58,631 nucleotides of DNA from a virus (Duplodnaviria; Caudoviricetes), in the IMG/VR virus record IMGVR_UViG_3300037510_000677, positions 1 to 58,631 of that record. One strand, written 5' to 3'. This document shows, piece by piece, positions 47,102 through 54,847 of this stretch (positions are counted from its first letter, which is position 1; each line of letters starts with the position of its first letter). The notes under the pieces were generated by a model that did not search any database, was not told where the DNA came from, and saw only the letters and a list, made by a program, of their open reading frames with translations. The translations under genes and the position numbers were made by a program.

Positions 47102-47249
47102 GAATAAATAAGCGCATTTGAGAATTACACGCCTTATAATCAATAGTAGTTAATTATAAAAGCCCCCAAATGCGCTTATCTAAGCATCATTCAAATAAAA
47201 CCACCCGTGAAGAAGCATATATGAAAGATGCTTAGATAAAAGATTTTCC

Positions 47250-47444
47250 CTAATTTAATCTCTTGTAGCAAGATAAAGAAGATTCACTTACAAGAACAAC
47301 ACTACCATTAGAATATTTTGTCTTCCAGATTTTATCTGGCCCATTTTCAGTGTATGCCATGACCGAACTATCTTCCTCAACTAAAGTTAAAGTTTCACCC
47401 TCATAAGGTTCGAATTTATCGCCAACTTTGAACACTTTAATCAT
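47250..47444 (-). CDS. Hypothetical protein
   Basis: In minus-strand operon with RBS. Confidence 0.6.
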   Translation of the reverse strand: MIKVFKVGDKFEPYEGETLTLVEEDSSVMAYTENGPDKIWKTKYSNGSVVLVSESSLSCYKRLN

Positions 47445-47449
47445 TTCCC

Positions 47450-47668
47450 TTATCCTTGTTGAGACAATACATCCATCTCTTCTTTAATCTGCTCCATTTC
47501 GCTTAAATCAGACTTTTTGCAAGCAGGAACCTTAACCACTTCTATCTCTATCTCGCAACTGTGAAACGATTGCCATTCATCATTACGATAAACATAACGA
47601 TAATGCCTATTGCCAACTATTTCTTCCTTTAAATCCCCCTCAACAGGAGTTCTATAGGGTACTTTCAT
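47450..47668 (-). CDS. Hypothetical protein
   Basis: AAGGAG RBS. Confidence 0.6.
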   Translation of the reverse strand: MKVPYRTPVEGDLKEEIVGNRHYRYVYRNDEWQSFHSCEIEIEVVKVPACKKSDLSEMEQIKEEMDVLSQQG

Positions 47669-47856
47669 ACTTGCTCCTTTGCCGTCAACAAATCATACTT
47701 TCGTCTTATATTCCATAGTTTAGCATTTAGCGGAAAAACAACAGCTATCCCGAAATCACTAGATGGCTCCGTTAATTCCGCTTCATGCTCGATCGTTTCG
47801 CAAATGAATTTAAATTCAGCCCTAGTAAGAGATAGATTTATCACCGATTAAAGTCC

Positions 47857-48330
47857 TTATTCATTGTTCTCTAACCAGCTTATTAAGTCTCTCTTGCCAA
47901 AGATGTTAACAACCTCACATCCTCTATTAATCAATAGCCTTACCAATTCGTTGTCTTCAGCGTCAGCCCCCCATTTGAATACCGTAATAATTACAAAGTT
48001 TTCATTACTGCAAGATTCCCTGGGCTGGAATCCATCAGCATTGCTGATTTTTTTTATCAACAATTCAACAGGCCTGGCAACCACAATGAAGTCATCGCCG
48101 CTCAGTAAATTAAGGTAACTTTGACGTTTAGAGATTTCACTAAAGACAAAGTTACTTAATTCAGTTAAAAAAGAAAGTAGAGTCTTACTCTTTTTCGATT
48201 TCTTCTGCGTCTGGCCACTCTGTTCCTTTTTCGTTTTTAACTTCTTCAACGATAAGGTCGTTTTCTTCTTTGGCGTAGCGGCCGTGTTTTTTGCTGTCTT
48301 TTTCACAATCTTCTTCTTTGGAACACTCAT
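47857..48330 (-). CDS. Protein with histone-H1-like Lys-rich N-terminus
   Basis: PKKKIVKKTAKNTAATPKKK. Confidence 0.6.
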   Translation of the reverse strand: MSVPKKKIVKKTAKNTAATPKKKTTLSLKKLKTKKEQSGQTQKKSKKSKTLLSFLTELSNFVFSEISKRQSYLNLLSGDDFIVVARPVELLIKKISNADGFQPRESCSNENFVIITVFKWGADAEDNELVRLLINRGCEVVNIFGKRDLISWLENNE

Positions 48331-48550
48331 TTTTATTTCCCTTTAAAACTCTTTCAAATAAATTGCAAACAATTTCCATAGAAACCTCTACAATCGCGCG
48401 CGTTTGAGACACCAACATCGCAACATCGCGTAACGTAACTTTTTCTACTTTATTGCTCTTTGCAGCTGATTTTTTCTTAACAACCTTTTTTGGCTGAGCC
48501 TTCTTGGGTTTAACCTTGCCGTTAAGAGTTTTCTTTTTTACCTTCTTCAT
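48185..48550 (-). CDS. Protein with Lys-rich N-terminus
   Basis: GGAGG RBS before ATG 48550; KPKKAQPKKVVKKKSAAK. Confidence 0.6.
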   Translation of the reverse strand: MKKVKKKTLNGKVKPKKAQPKKVVKKKSAAKSNKVEKVTLRDVAMLVSQTRAIVEVSMEIVCNLFERVLKGNKNECSKEEDCEKDSKKHGRYAKEENDLIVEEVKNEKGTEWPDAEEIEKE

Positions 48551-48574
48551 TTTTTCCTCCAATTACTAATAAAG

Positions 48575-48651
48575 CGGAAGCAGGGAGGGAATTTGCCCCC
48601 ATTATCGATGTATGCCGATGGGATCCTGCCTACACCAAAGTCACCGCTTCC
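48575..48651 (-). ncRNA. Degenerate tRNA-sized element
   Basis: GGAAGCG/TGCTTCC closing stem, 77 nt, degenerate T-arm; no canonical anticodon arm. Confidence 0.35.
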
Positions 48652-48661
48652 ATAAACTAAT

Positions 48662-48785
48662 GGGCCCGAGGAGGAATCGAACCTCCGCCGAGGCCACATA
48701 GCCCATGTAAATTACCAGCAGCTGTTGAAGACAACAAAGCTGATTTACATACTACCTGCCACTTCTACCACTAAATTATCGTGCC
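48662..48785 (-). ncRNA. tRNA-like RNA with a long hairpin replacing the anticodon loop
   Basis: Acceptor GGCACGA/TCGGGCC, D-loop AGTGGTA, T-arm GGAGG-TTCGATT-CCTCC, about 50 extra self-complementary nt. Confidence 0.7.
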
Positions 48786-48797
48786 ACTAAACTTTTG

Positions 48798-49025
48798 TTA
48801 AACATTAGATGCTTCTTTGGCCGATAGCCACGCTGAAACTTCTAACGCTTTCCATCCCACTACATCACCCTCTTTTCTCACCGGAAAAGGAAACTTTGCC
48901 TGTAAGACTAATTCAGTTAATTCAACAATGCTTTTCTTGGTAATATTCATCACTTCAAAAGGAAAAAGAATCTTATCCTTGTTTAGTATGCTGCCGACCT
49001 TAGAAAACTCATCATATAAATTCAT
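48798..49025 (-). CDS. AlpA-like DNA-binding protein
   Basis: EV..IT..S..........FP.PV......VGW...EV.AWL. Confidence 0.75.
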   Translation of the reverse strand: MNLYDEFSKVGSILNKDKILFPFEVMNITKKSIVELTELVLQAKFPFPVRKEGDVVGWKALEVSAWLSAKEASNV

Positions 49026-49384
49026 TTCTTACCCTTTCCTTCCAGCTTTATTCGGCCGCCCACTTTGGATGACTTCTTTTCTAAGAAAATTTGGGGGTTG
49101 GCATCAATAATATTGCCTTGAACCAATTTTGCCCCCTCTAAAAACTCAATCTTTGGCTTTTGACCCAACATGTGGTGGTAAGCCAGTTCAGTTTTAGAAG
49201 CAGAAATAACCGACTCATAAAGCTTAGCCGTAACACCCGCCTCTTCTACGCTTAACTGTCCATTATTTAAACGCTTAATAGTAGCTAAAGCATGATCACG
49301 CAATTGCTCAATATTTGAAATATCTGGCAAATTAATCTCTTTTGTTTTTGCGGCTCGCATATAATTTTTCCTCTCGTTTTCCAT
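49022..49384 (-). CDS. Hypothetical protein
   Basis: NIEQLRDH...TIKRL.NG......A......VI.ASK.EL pattern. Confidence 0.7.
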   Translation of the reverse strand: MENERKNYMRAAKTKEINLPDISNIEQLRDHALATIKRLNNGQLSVEEAGVTAKLYESVISASKTELAYHHMLGQKPKIEFLEGAKLVQGNIIDANPQIFLEKKSSKVGGRIKLEGKGKK

Positions 49385-49751
49385 TTCTTACAAATCTTCT
49401 CAACATCATCGATGCCCTTTTTAGAACAACCAAGTGTTCAGGAATATTCTTTATATCAGCTTTATAATCTAGTTTCAACGACTTTTTTAATAAAGAAAGC
49501 ATATAATAATCATCGAGGTTTTTAATCCTTTCCTTTTGCGCTTTTTTATTGTGTTCGTTTGTTTTTCTTTTAACTTCTTCATTGAAAGAATACCTTTTTT
49601 GACGAGATTGACGATGACATGCTTTACAAACAGTGCATACTCTATTAGTTGACGATATCGAATAATATAAATCTTTATTTGGGTCAAGCTTGCCATGAAC
49701 TTTGCAGAATTCTTTTATTTTGATGTTTTCAGTTGAAATATCAGAAATCAT
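49332..49751 (-). CDS. Zn-finger-like protein
   Basis: CKVHG...CKACH; L.D.Y.......IPE.LV.LKR. Confidence 0.7.
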   Translation of the reverse strand: MISDISTENIKIKEFCKVHGKLDPNKDLYYSISSTNRVCTVCKACHRQSRQKRYSFNEEVKRKTNEHNKKAQKERIKNLDDYYMLSLLKKSLKLDYKADIKNIPEHLVVLKRASMMLRRFVRNGKREEKLYASRKNKRD

Positions 49752-49821
49752 TGCAGTTCCTTTTTCAATTTAGCTTCCCTTACAAATCTTCTTAACATCA
49801 TTAGCATTTGGTATCATCTGG

Positions 49822-49995
49822 CTAGTCTTTTCTTCCATGTAAAGGGCATTGTAAATTAAAAATATACATCCCGTTATTGTCATATCCTTTGCCAAAATTA
49901 TTGTCAATAATTGGACAAAGACAGCCATTTTCAACGGCTATGTTGCTGCCAGGTGGATATTTTTTAACTAAATCAGGATCAACTTTTGAGTTCAT
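49822..49995 (-). CDS. 57-aa Cys/His protein (not in ORF track)
   Basis: PPGS..AV.NGCLCPIIDN..GKG...CPLHG. Confidence 0.7.
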   Translation of the reverse strand: MNSKVDPDLVKKYPPGSNIAVENGCLCPIIDNNFGKGYDNNGMYIFNLQCPLHGRKD

Positions 49996-50255
49996 TTATA
50001 TTTTATTTCCTTGGCATAAAGTTTACTATTTATTTTAAACAAGTCTTTTTCTCTTGAATAATCAATACAAAATTCTATAGTGCCAATTATGCTAATAAGA
50101 AGAAATATTATTGCACTGCCTATAGCTACAAATCCTGCTAACAACACTACCACCTCTTCAATATTTTTTTTGACAACAATACCTTTTTTAACAAGATACC
50201 AAAGGCTTATAGCAAAAATTACCGCTGAAACTAACAATACCTCTACCATAAACAC
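49992..50255 (-). CDS. Two-TM membrane protein
   Basis: Hydrophobic segments, coupled to neighbours. Confidence 0.6.
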   Translation of the reverse strand: MFMVEVLLVSAVIFAISLWYLVKKGIVVKKNIEEVVVLLAGFVAIGSAIIFLLISIIGTIEFCIDYSREKDLFKINSKLYAKEIKYK

Positions 50256-50491
50256 CCCCTAAAGTTGCATAACAACATACTACCAGCAGCAAGTAGTATA
50301 AAAGAAAATATCTCCCTTTTATACAAAAGAAGATAAAGCATCATGAATTTATCTGTCGAAGAGCTTGGAACAAAATGGAAGTGATCATTGTTAGACTGAT
50401 ACCAATAGGCGTGATAGATAAACTTTATTAATAAGTATACCCATAAAACCATGGAAGCCGTCATAAATAATATCGAAAAATAACGTACCAT
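50243..50491 (-). CDS. Two-TM membrane protein
   Basis: Hydrophobic segments. Confidence 0.6.
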   Translation of the reverse strand: MVRYFSILFMTASMVLWVYLLIKFIYHAYWYQSNNDHFHFVPSSSTDKFMMLYLLLYKREIFSFILLAAGSMLLCNFRGCLW

Positions 50492-50494
50492 GAT

Positions 50495-50839
50495 TTAACG
50501 GCCTTCCAGTTCTTGTATTCTAAGGGTTGCCTTGGCTAAGGCCCGTTCAAGCTTAATAACATAATCATCTTGAACAGTTCTATAAAACCTATTTTCTTTA
50601 TCAGCTGATTCTGCCATCGAACTAGAAGCACTATTGCTGCCCTTCTTAAGCTCTAAGCCCAATTCTTTTTTAATAGGAGCAATTAAATTATAAAGATACC
50701 ACAAAGGAACGTTATACTCTTCCGATAACCTCTGATGCATCCCTCTTTCAAGTATTTTACCCTTTCCCTTAATAAGCTCCTCTTTCAAGAGTGCAACCAG
50801 CTCTTCTTTTTTATCATCAGCAATTAACTTAGATGCCAT
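50495..50839 (-). CDS. Possible HTH DNA-binding protein
   Basis: RLSEEYNVPLWYLYNL helix-turn-helix-like segment plus coiled coil; AAGGAG RBS. Confidence 0.6.
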   Translation of the reverse strand: MASKLIADDKKEELVALLKEELIKGKGKILERGMHQRLSEEYNVPLWYLYNLIAPIKKELGLELKKGSNSASSSMAESADKENRFYRTVQDDYVIKLERALAKATLRIQELEGR

Positions 50840-50865
50840 GTTATCTCCTTATTCATATCCATTAG

Positions 50866-50937
50866 CGTCCCTGCCCGGAATCGAACCGAGCTTTTCAGGA
50901 TGAAAACCTGGTGTCCTAACCGATAGACGACAGGGAC
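50866..50937 (-). tRNA. tRNA-Glu (TTC)
   Basis: Cloverleaf: GTCCCTG/CAGGGAC acceptor, anticodon loop TTTTCAT, T-loop TTCGATT; CCA not encoded. Confidence 0.93.
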
Positions 50938-51064
50938 AAAAAGCTGCCAGCCACTACGTTACTACAGCTAGCAGAAATGCAGTTGTGCTATGCACCTGCG
51001 CACACTACTTCATCTAATTTAAAATATCAAGCATTTATAGTTATTATTTTTTAAAATTTGGTAG

Positions 51065-51092
51065 TTGTAACTCTTGCAAACTGTTGTATAAT
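51065..51092 (+). promoter_or_regulatory. Sigma70-like promoter
   Basis: TTGTAA-N16-TATAAT. Confidence 0.5.
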
Positions 51093-51133
51093 AACTAATG
51101 TTGTTATTCTAAATAGGTTAAGGGAGAAATGAA

Positions 51134-51277
51134 ATGACAAGAGTTAGACAGTTTGTTAAAAATGCGGCTGACTTTTGGGTTAAGCTGGTTGAAAGCTATG
51201 CTGAAAGAAGTCATCAGTATGTCTGGGAGCATGTTTTTAGGACGGCTGAGGAATTTGAATTGCGGACGGTTAACTGA
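51134..51277 (+). CDS. 47-aa protein in its own transcription unit (not in ORF track)
   Basis: AGGGAG RBS, upstream promoter, downstream terminator. Confidence 0.6.
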   Translation: MTRVRQFVKNAADFWVKLVESYAERSHQYVWEHVFRTAEEFELRTVN

Positions 51278-51325
51278 GCGTGATAGAGTAGGATTCCTTC
51301 ATTCATATAGTCCTTAAGCACTTTA

Positions 51326-51350
51326 CCCCGGCGCAAGCCGGGGGTTTTTT
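51326..51350 (+). terminator. Rho-independent terminator
   Basis: CCCCGGC-GCAA-GCCGGGG followed by a T-tract. Confidence 0.85.
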
Positions 51351-51393
51351 ATGCGATTCCGCTGAATATAATTTGATTATAATTAGCGGAATC

Positions 51394-51972
51394 TTAAATT
51401 AAGTCGGTGACATTTTGTAACCGACTGACAACTTTCTTATCTAACCAACGATAATATTGCCGTAAAGCCATCAACGATGAAGCAGGTAATTCTGGCTCAT
51501 CCAAACCTGCAATTGCCTTCCTCAGTAAGACTGATGGGAAAAAAGCTTCACCTAAGTAATCATCCATACTCTCTACCCATTTTGAAATGCGATCACGATT
51601 TTCTCCTGATTCAGCTTTCCATCGCTTTACAGTGGCGAATTCTTCACAAGCATTGGCAGCCATTTTATCAAGCTGATAGGGAGGATTAAAAACCTCCATA
51701 TTTTCGATTTCTGAGGCCGTTGGTATCTCAGACATGGTGTAAGATGGGTAAGACAAACAAAACATCAATATGACCGCAAAACTTTCGTTTTTACCCCGTC
51801 CAGCTTCTAGGAGTAATTTGATTTTTTCTAAAACCAATTCTTTTCCGTGATTATTTATTTCTCTTGCTAACAGGTTAATGCTTAGATCATGTTCAGGAAG
51901 ACGATTTGAAATCTTGCCGATAAGGCGATGGAGAAATTCGTTTTGAGGAGGTGGATTGAGAGACTGTTCCAT
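51394..51972 (-). CDS. Hypothetical protein next to the origin
   Basis: 192-aa ORF starting beside the AT-rich origin region. Confidence 0.65.
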   Translation of the reverse strand: MEQSLNPPPQNEFLHRLIGKISNRLPEHDLSINLLAREINNHGKELVLEKIKLLLEAGRGKNESFAVILMFCLSYPSYTMSEIPTASEIENMEVFNPPYQLDKMAANACEEFATVKRWKAESGENRDRISKWVESMDDYLGEAFFPSVLLRKAIAGLDEPELPASSLMALRQYYRWLDKKVVSRLQNVTDLI

Positions 51973-52020
51973 TTCTTTTTTTAGTTAGAATGTTTTAAAA
52001 AAAATCTTAAACCGCCTTGT

Positions 52021-52311
52021 TATTATATAAATATTTTAGATATATATTATATATATATCGACCTATCAGGAAACTTTTTTGGACTACTTATGTATACAGG
52101 TATTTTGTCCACAGGATATCCACAGAAAAAATTTAGCAGTTTAGCCAAAGGCTGTTTGGCGACTGAAGACCTATCAGGAAACTTTTTTGGACTACTTATG
52201 TATACAGTAGTTATTGTTTTTTAATATGAACAGATTGTTAACAAGGTTTTCACAGGATATCCACAGAGTTATCCACAGGATATTTGAACTATCCGGAAAT
52301 TCCGGATAGTT
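52021..52311. promoter_or_regulatory. Putative replication origin
   Basis: AT-rich tract 52021-52058; exact 40-bp repeats 52060-52099 and 52168-52207; DnaA box TTATCCACA 52269-52277 plus variants at 52105, 52116, 52257. Confidence 0.75.
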
Positions 52312-52492
52312 GAGCAAACGGTTGTAATTTAATTTACGCGTGCCATAATCGGAGATGTTGTTCAGCCGATTATTGCGCCCTCTTGTGGTTCCCATCTTCA
52401 AATGAAGCCAAGGGGGCGCATGGCACACCCGCTCCTGTCTAGATAAGACCTATAGGTGGGTTAATCTAAAAAGATATAAAGATGTAAAGATA

Positions 52493-52831
52493 TCAAATCT
52501 TATTTTTGTCAGGAATTTTATCTGTTTCTTTCTTCAAGGCATCAATAGCTTCTATTACTTTATTGTTTTCTTTTTTCATGTGCTCTAGGTAATCCACAAT
52601 CTCTTTTATTTCGTCATTATCCTTGTCATTTGCATCAATCAAAGGCTTTCCTTCTTGGATTAATTTTTCGATTTTGGTGCCCATTATTTTTAATATTTGA
52701 AGCTTACTTATTAACGAGGCATTAAAAGTTGAAGAAGATTCAGCATTTATGTCGTTTATTAACATTTGGGTTTGATTTAAAAACTGCTTCCTAAGCACCA
52801 GCTTGGTAAAATTATTAAATTGACTAAACAT
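52493..52831 (-). CDS. Hypothetical coiled-coil protein
   Basis: AAGGA RBS, 112 aa. Confidence 0.6.
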   Translation of the reverse strand: MFSQFNNFTKLVLRKQFLNQTQMLINDINAESSSTFNASLISKLQILKIMGTKIEKLIQEGKPLIDANDKDNDEIKEIVDYLEHMKKENNKVIEAIDALKKETDKIPDKNKI

Positions 52832-53072
52832 TTTGATTTCCTTTGTTGATTTTTCTAACTTACAAATGGTTTATTGCACAAGGATTATATACGAATACAG
52901 AATGATTTTGTGGAGTTGCATTTAAAATAAAAGGCTAGTAGTATCACGTTCTAATTAGGGTAAACCCTGATTAATAAAATATCGCAGGAAGCTATATGTA
53001 CATTGGATGTAACCTGTCCTTATAGAAAACCTGCATTGTTAGGTCATTTAACTTTGTCCTTTCGATGCTTTT

Positions 53073-53540
53073 ATGAATTTTTCTTTACAGAAGAAGATAT
53101 TAACTTACTGTGGAACTGAGCTTACTGTTTCAGAGAAGCTGTTTTTGTCTGCATTAGCCTCTTTTGGAGATGAAAGCGGAGAGAACATTTCCCCCAGTCT
53201 TTCGGAATTGGCTAAAAGGGCTTCCCTTTGGAAAAGTCAGGTAATAACGCTTTTAAAATCTCTTCTTGAAAAGAATTTCATTGTAAAAGCTATCCGCCGC
53301 AAAACCTTTGGGACTAATCTTACCAACCATTACTTTATCAATCTAAAGAAATTGATAAACCTTGGTAAAAAGGTTATCTCAATTATTCCAAAATCTCAAG
53401 AAAAAACAAACGAAGAAAAAGAAGTTAACAGAAAGCAATCGTTAGGGGCTGTTTTTAAGAAATTATTTAAGAGAATTAGCGGGCCTTCTAAGCTGAAATA
53501 CCGCCAGCGATATGCTACCCTGACTGGACAAAGCCCTTAA
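53073..53540 (+). CDS. Winged-HTH (HTH_36-like) replication initiator-type protein
   Basis: LT.SEKL.L.ALA.F.DE.G...PSLSELA..A.L....V...LK.L.E...I....R......TN.Y.I. Confidence 0.8.
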   Translation: MNFSLQKKILTYCGTELTVSEKLFLSALASFGDESGENISPSLSELAKRASLWKSQVITLLKSLLEKNFIVKAIRRKTFGTNLTNHYFINLKKLINLGKKVISIIPKSQEKTNEEKEVNRKQSLGAVFKKLFKRISGPSKLKYRQRYATLTGQSP

Positions 53541-53547
53541 CATAATT

Positions 53548-53742
53548 TTGGAGTTGAAGATGAGCATAGAAGACAAAGGTTGGGAGCAAGAATTAAGCCC
53601 CTATGAAAAAAGTCAATTAAGAAATGAAGCGCTTAAACTGGCATTAGAGAATCAATGTTATACAAACGAAACATGGAGCCAGATTCATGAAAGATCGCTT
53701 TGTTTTTATAAAACACTAATCGGTATTGATAAACTTGATTAA
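53548..53742 (+). CDS. Hypothetical protein
   Basis: LRxEALKLA pattern; start may be ATG 53560. Confidence 0.6.
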   Translation: MELKMSIEDKGWEQELSPYEKSQLRNEALKLALENQCYTNETWSQIHERSLCFYKTLIGIDKLD

Positions 53743-53748
53743 TTTTAT

Positions 53749-53783
53749 TAACCGCCCCGGCTTGCATTCAGGGCGGTTATTTA
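53749..53783 (+). terminator. Hairpin terminator
   Basis: TAACCGCCC...GGGCGGTTA followed by TTTAT. Confidence 0.6.
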
Positions 53784-53840
53784 TATCTATCAACCAAAGT
53801 AACTTAAGGAGGTTAAAATTTAGCATAAGGTGAATAACGC

Positions 53841-54404
53841 ATGCAAGACTTTTTATTAGGTGTCTTTTTTGTCCTTCTATTGCTGTTGGCTTATTCTGCG
53901 ATGGCGGTTCCCCCTCCCGGTGGTAAACATTTAATTGTTGAGTACAACGATTGCAACCCTGAAAAGCTTAATAGCTTGCAGCAGGTTGATAATGCGCTCC
54001 AAGAAGCAGCCAGGTTAGGGAGGTTTAATATCGTAACTTCTGGCTATAAAGTCTTTAAGCCACAGGGTATTACTTATTACCTGTTGTTATCTGAATCACA
54101 TATTTCCATTCATACGTGGCCTGAGTCTTCTTATGCAGCGGTTGATATTTTTACGTGTGGAAAAGGTGATTTAACCCCCCTGGCGAGGGTAATAGGCAAA
54201 AGATTAGAATGTGAGCATGTCGAAAATCTTTTAATAGAAAGAGGCGACGGCATCGTTATACAACAAGAAGAAAGAACAAACAATGATGAAATACGCTCTG
54301 GTAGTTATCATTCCACGCGCTTACAGTCTGATGAGAGAAGAGAAGAACGGAGAGGTTCTGTATTACCGTGGGCTATCCATCGAAAAAGAATTGGAAGTCT
54401 TTAA
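53841..54404 (+). CDS. speD: Pyruvoyl-dependent S-adenosylmethionine decarboxylase-family proenzyme with N-terminal signal peptide
   Basis: GKHLIVE, F.PQGIT..LLLSESHISIHTWPE..YAAVDIFTCG (E|S autocleavage site). Confidence 0.9.
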   Translation: MQDFLLGVFFVLLLLLAYSAMAVPPPGGKHLIVEYNDCNPEKLNSLQQVDNALQEAARLGRFNIVTSGYKVFKPQGITYYLLLSESHISIHTWPESSYAAVDIFTCGKGDLTPLARVIGKRLECEHVENLLIERGDGIVIQQEERTNNDEIRSGSYHSTRLQSDERREERRGSVLPWAIHRKRIGSL

Positions 54405-54645
54405 TCACTTAACTTCTAGAAACGGTACGGAAGAGAAGATCAATGATAAGGTAACCCATCATAAGATATTTTATGATGCAACTAAATTAAAACTGTTGGA
54501 TTTAGACAGGATGTTGTATACTTCGGTTGAAGATGTAAAAAAAGAAAGAAAATGCTACTCTTATGATGATTTTGTCTGGCAACCTATCTGGAAGCCTTAT
54601 GCTGAAAAAAAAGTGAGAACAGAAGATGCCTTTGATACCTGGTAA
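54283..54645 (+). CDS. Hypothetical protein
   Basis: 120-aa ORF overlapping the speD tail. Confidence 0.55.
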   Translation: MMKYALVVIIPRAYSLMREEKNGEVLYYRGLSIEKELEVFNHLTSRNGTEEKINDKVTHHKIFYDATKLKLLDLDRMLYTSVEDVKKERKCYSYDDFVWQPIWKPYAEKKVRTEDAFDTW

Positions 54646-54847
54646 TACCCGTTCTATTATTGAAGCCAACATCGAAGAGATGATAAAAGCAGGGCATTCA
54701 AGGCAGCAGGCAATTGCAGCAAGTTATGAAAACGCAAGAAGACATCCAACATTACCTACCGCTCAACCAAACAAAACCACAAACGCCCTTAAAGTTTCTG
54801 AACCTGTTAAAAGAGGAAGGGGTCGCCCCCGTAAAAATCCGGCGTAA
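54626..54847 (+). CDS. Small conserved phage protein with AT-hook
   Basis: MPL..G.....I..NI.E..KAG....QA.A.....AR; KRGRGRPRK. Confidence 0.75.
   Translation: MPLIPGNTRSIIEANIEEMIKAGHSRQQAIAASYENARRHPTLPTAQPNKTTNALKVSEPVKRGRGRPRKNPA

Noticed and set aside
50941-51005. Two hairpins upstream of tRNA-Glu as a separate ncRNA
   Set aside because: Short imperfect stems with no second copy or recognisable motif
52060-52207. CRISPR array from the 40-bp repeats
   Set aside because: Two copies only, with DnaA boxes in between; an origin explains them better
52192-52428. 78-aa minus-strand ORF
   Set aside because: LWITLWISCE is the translation of DnaA boxes; no RBS; probably non-coding origin DNA
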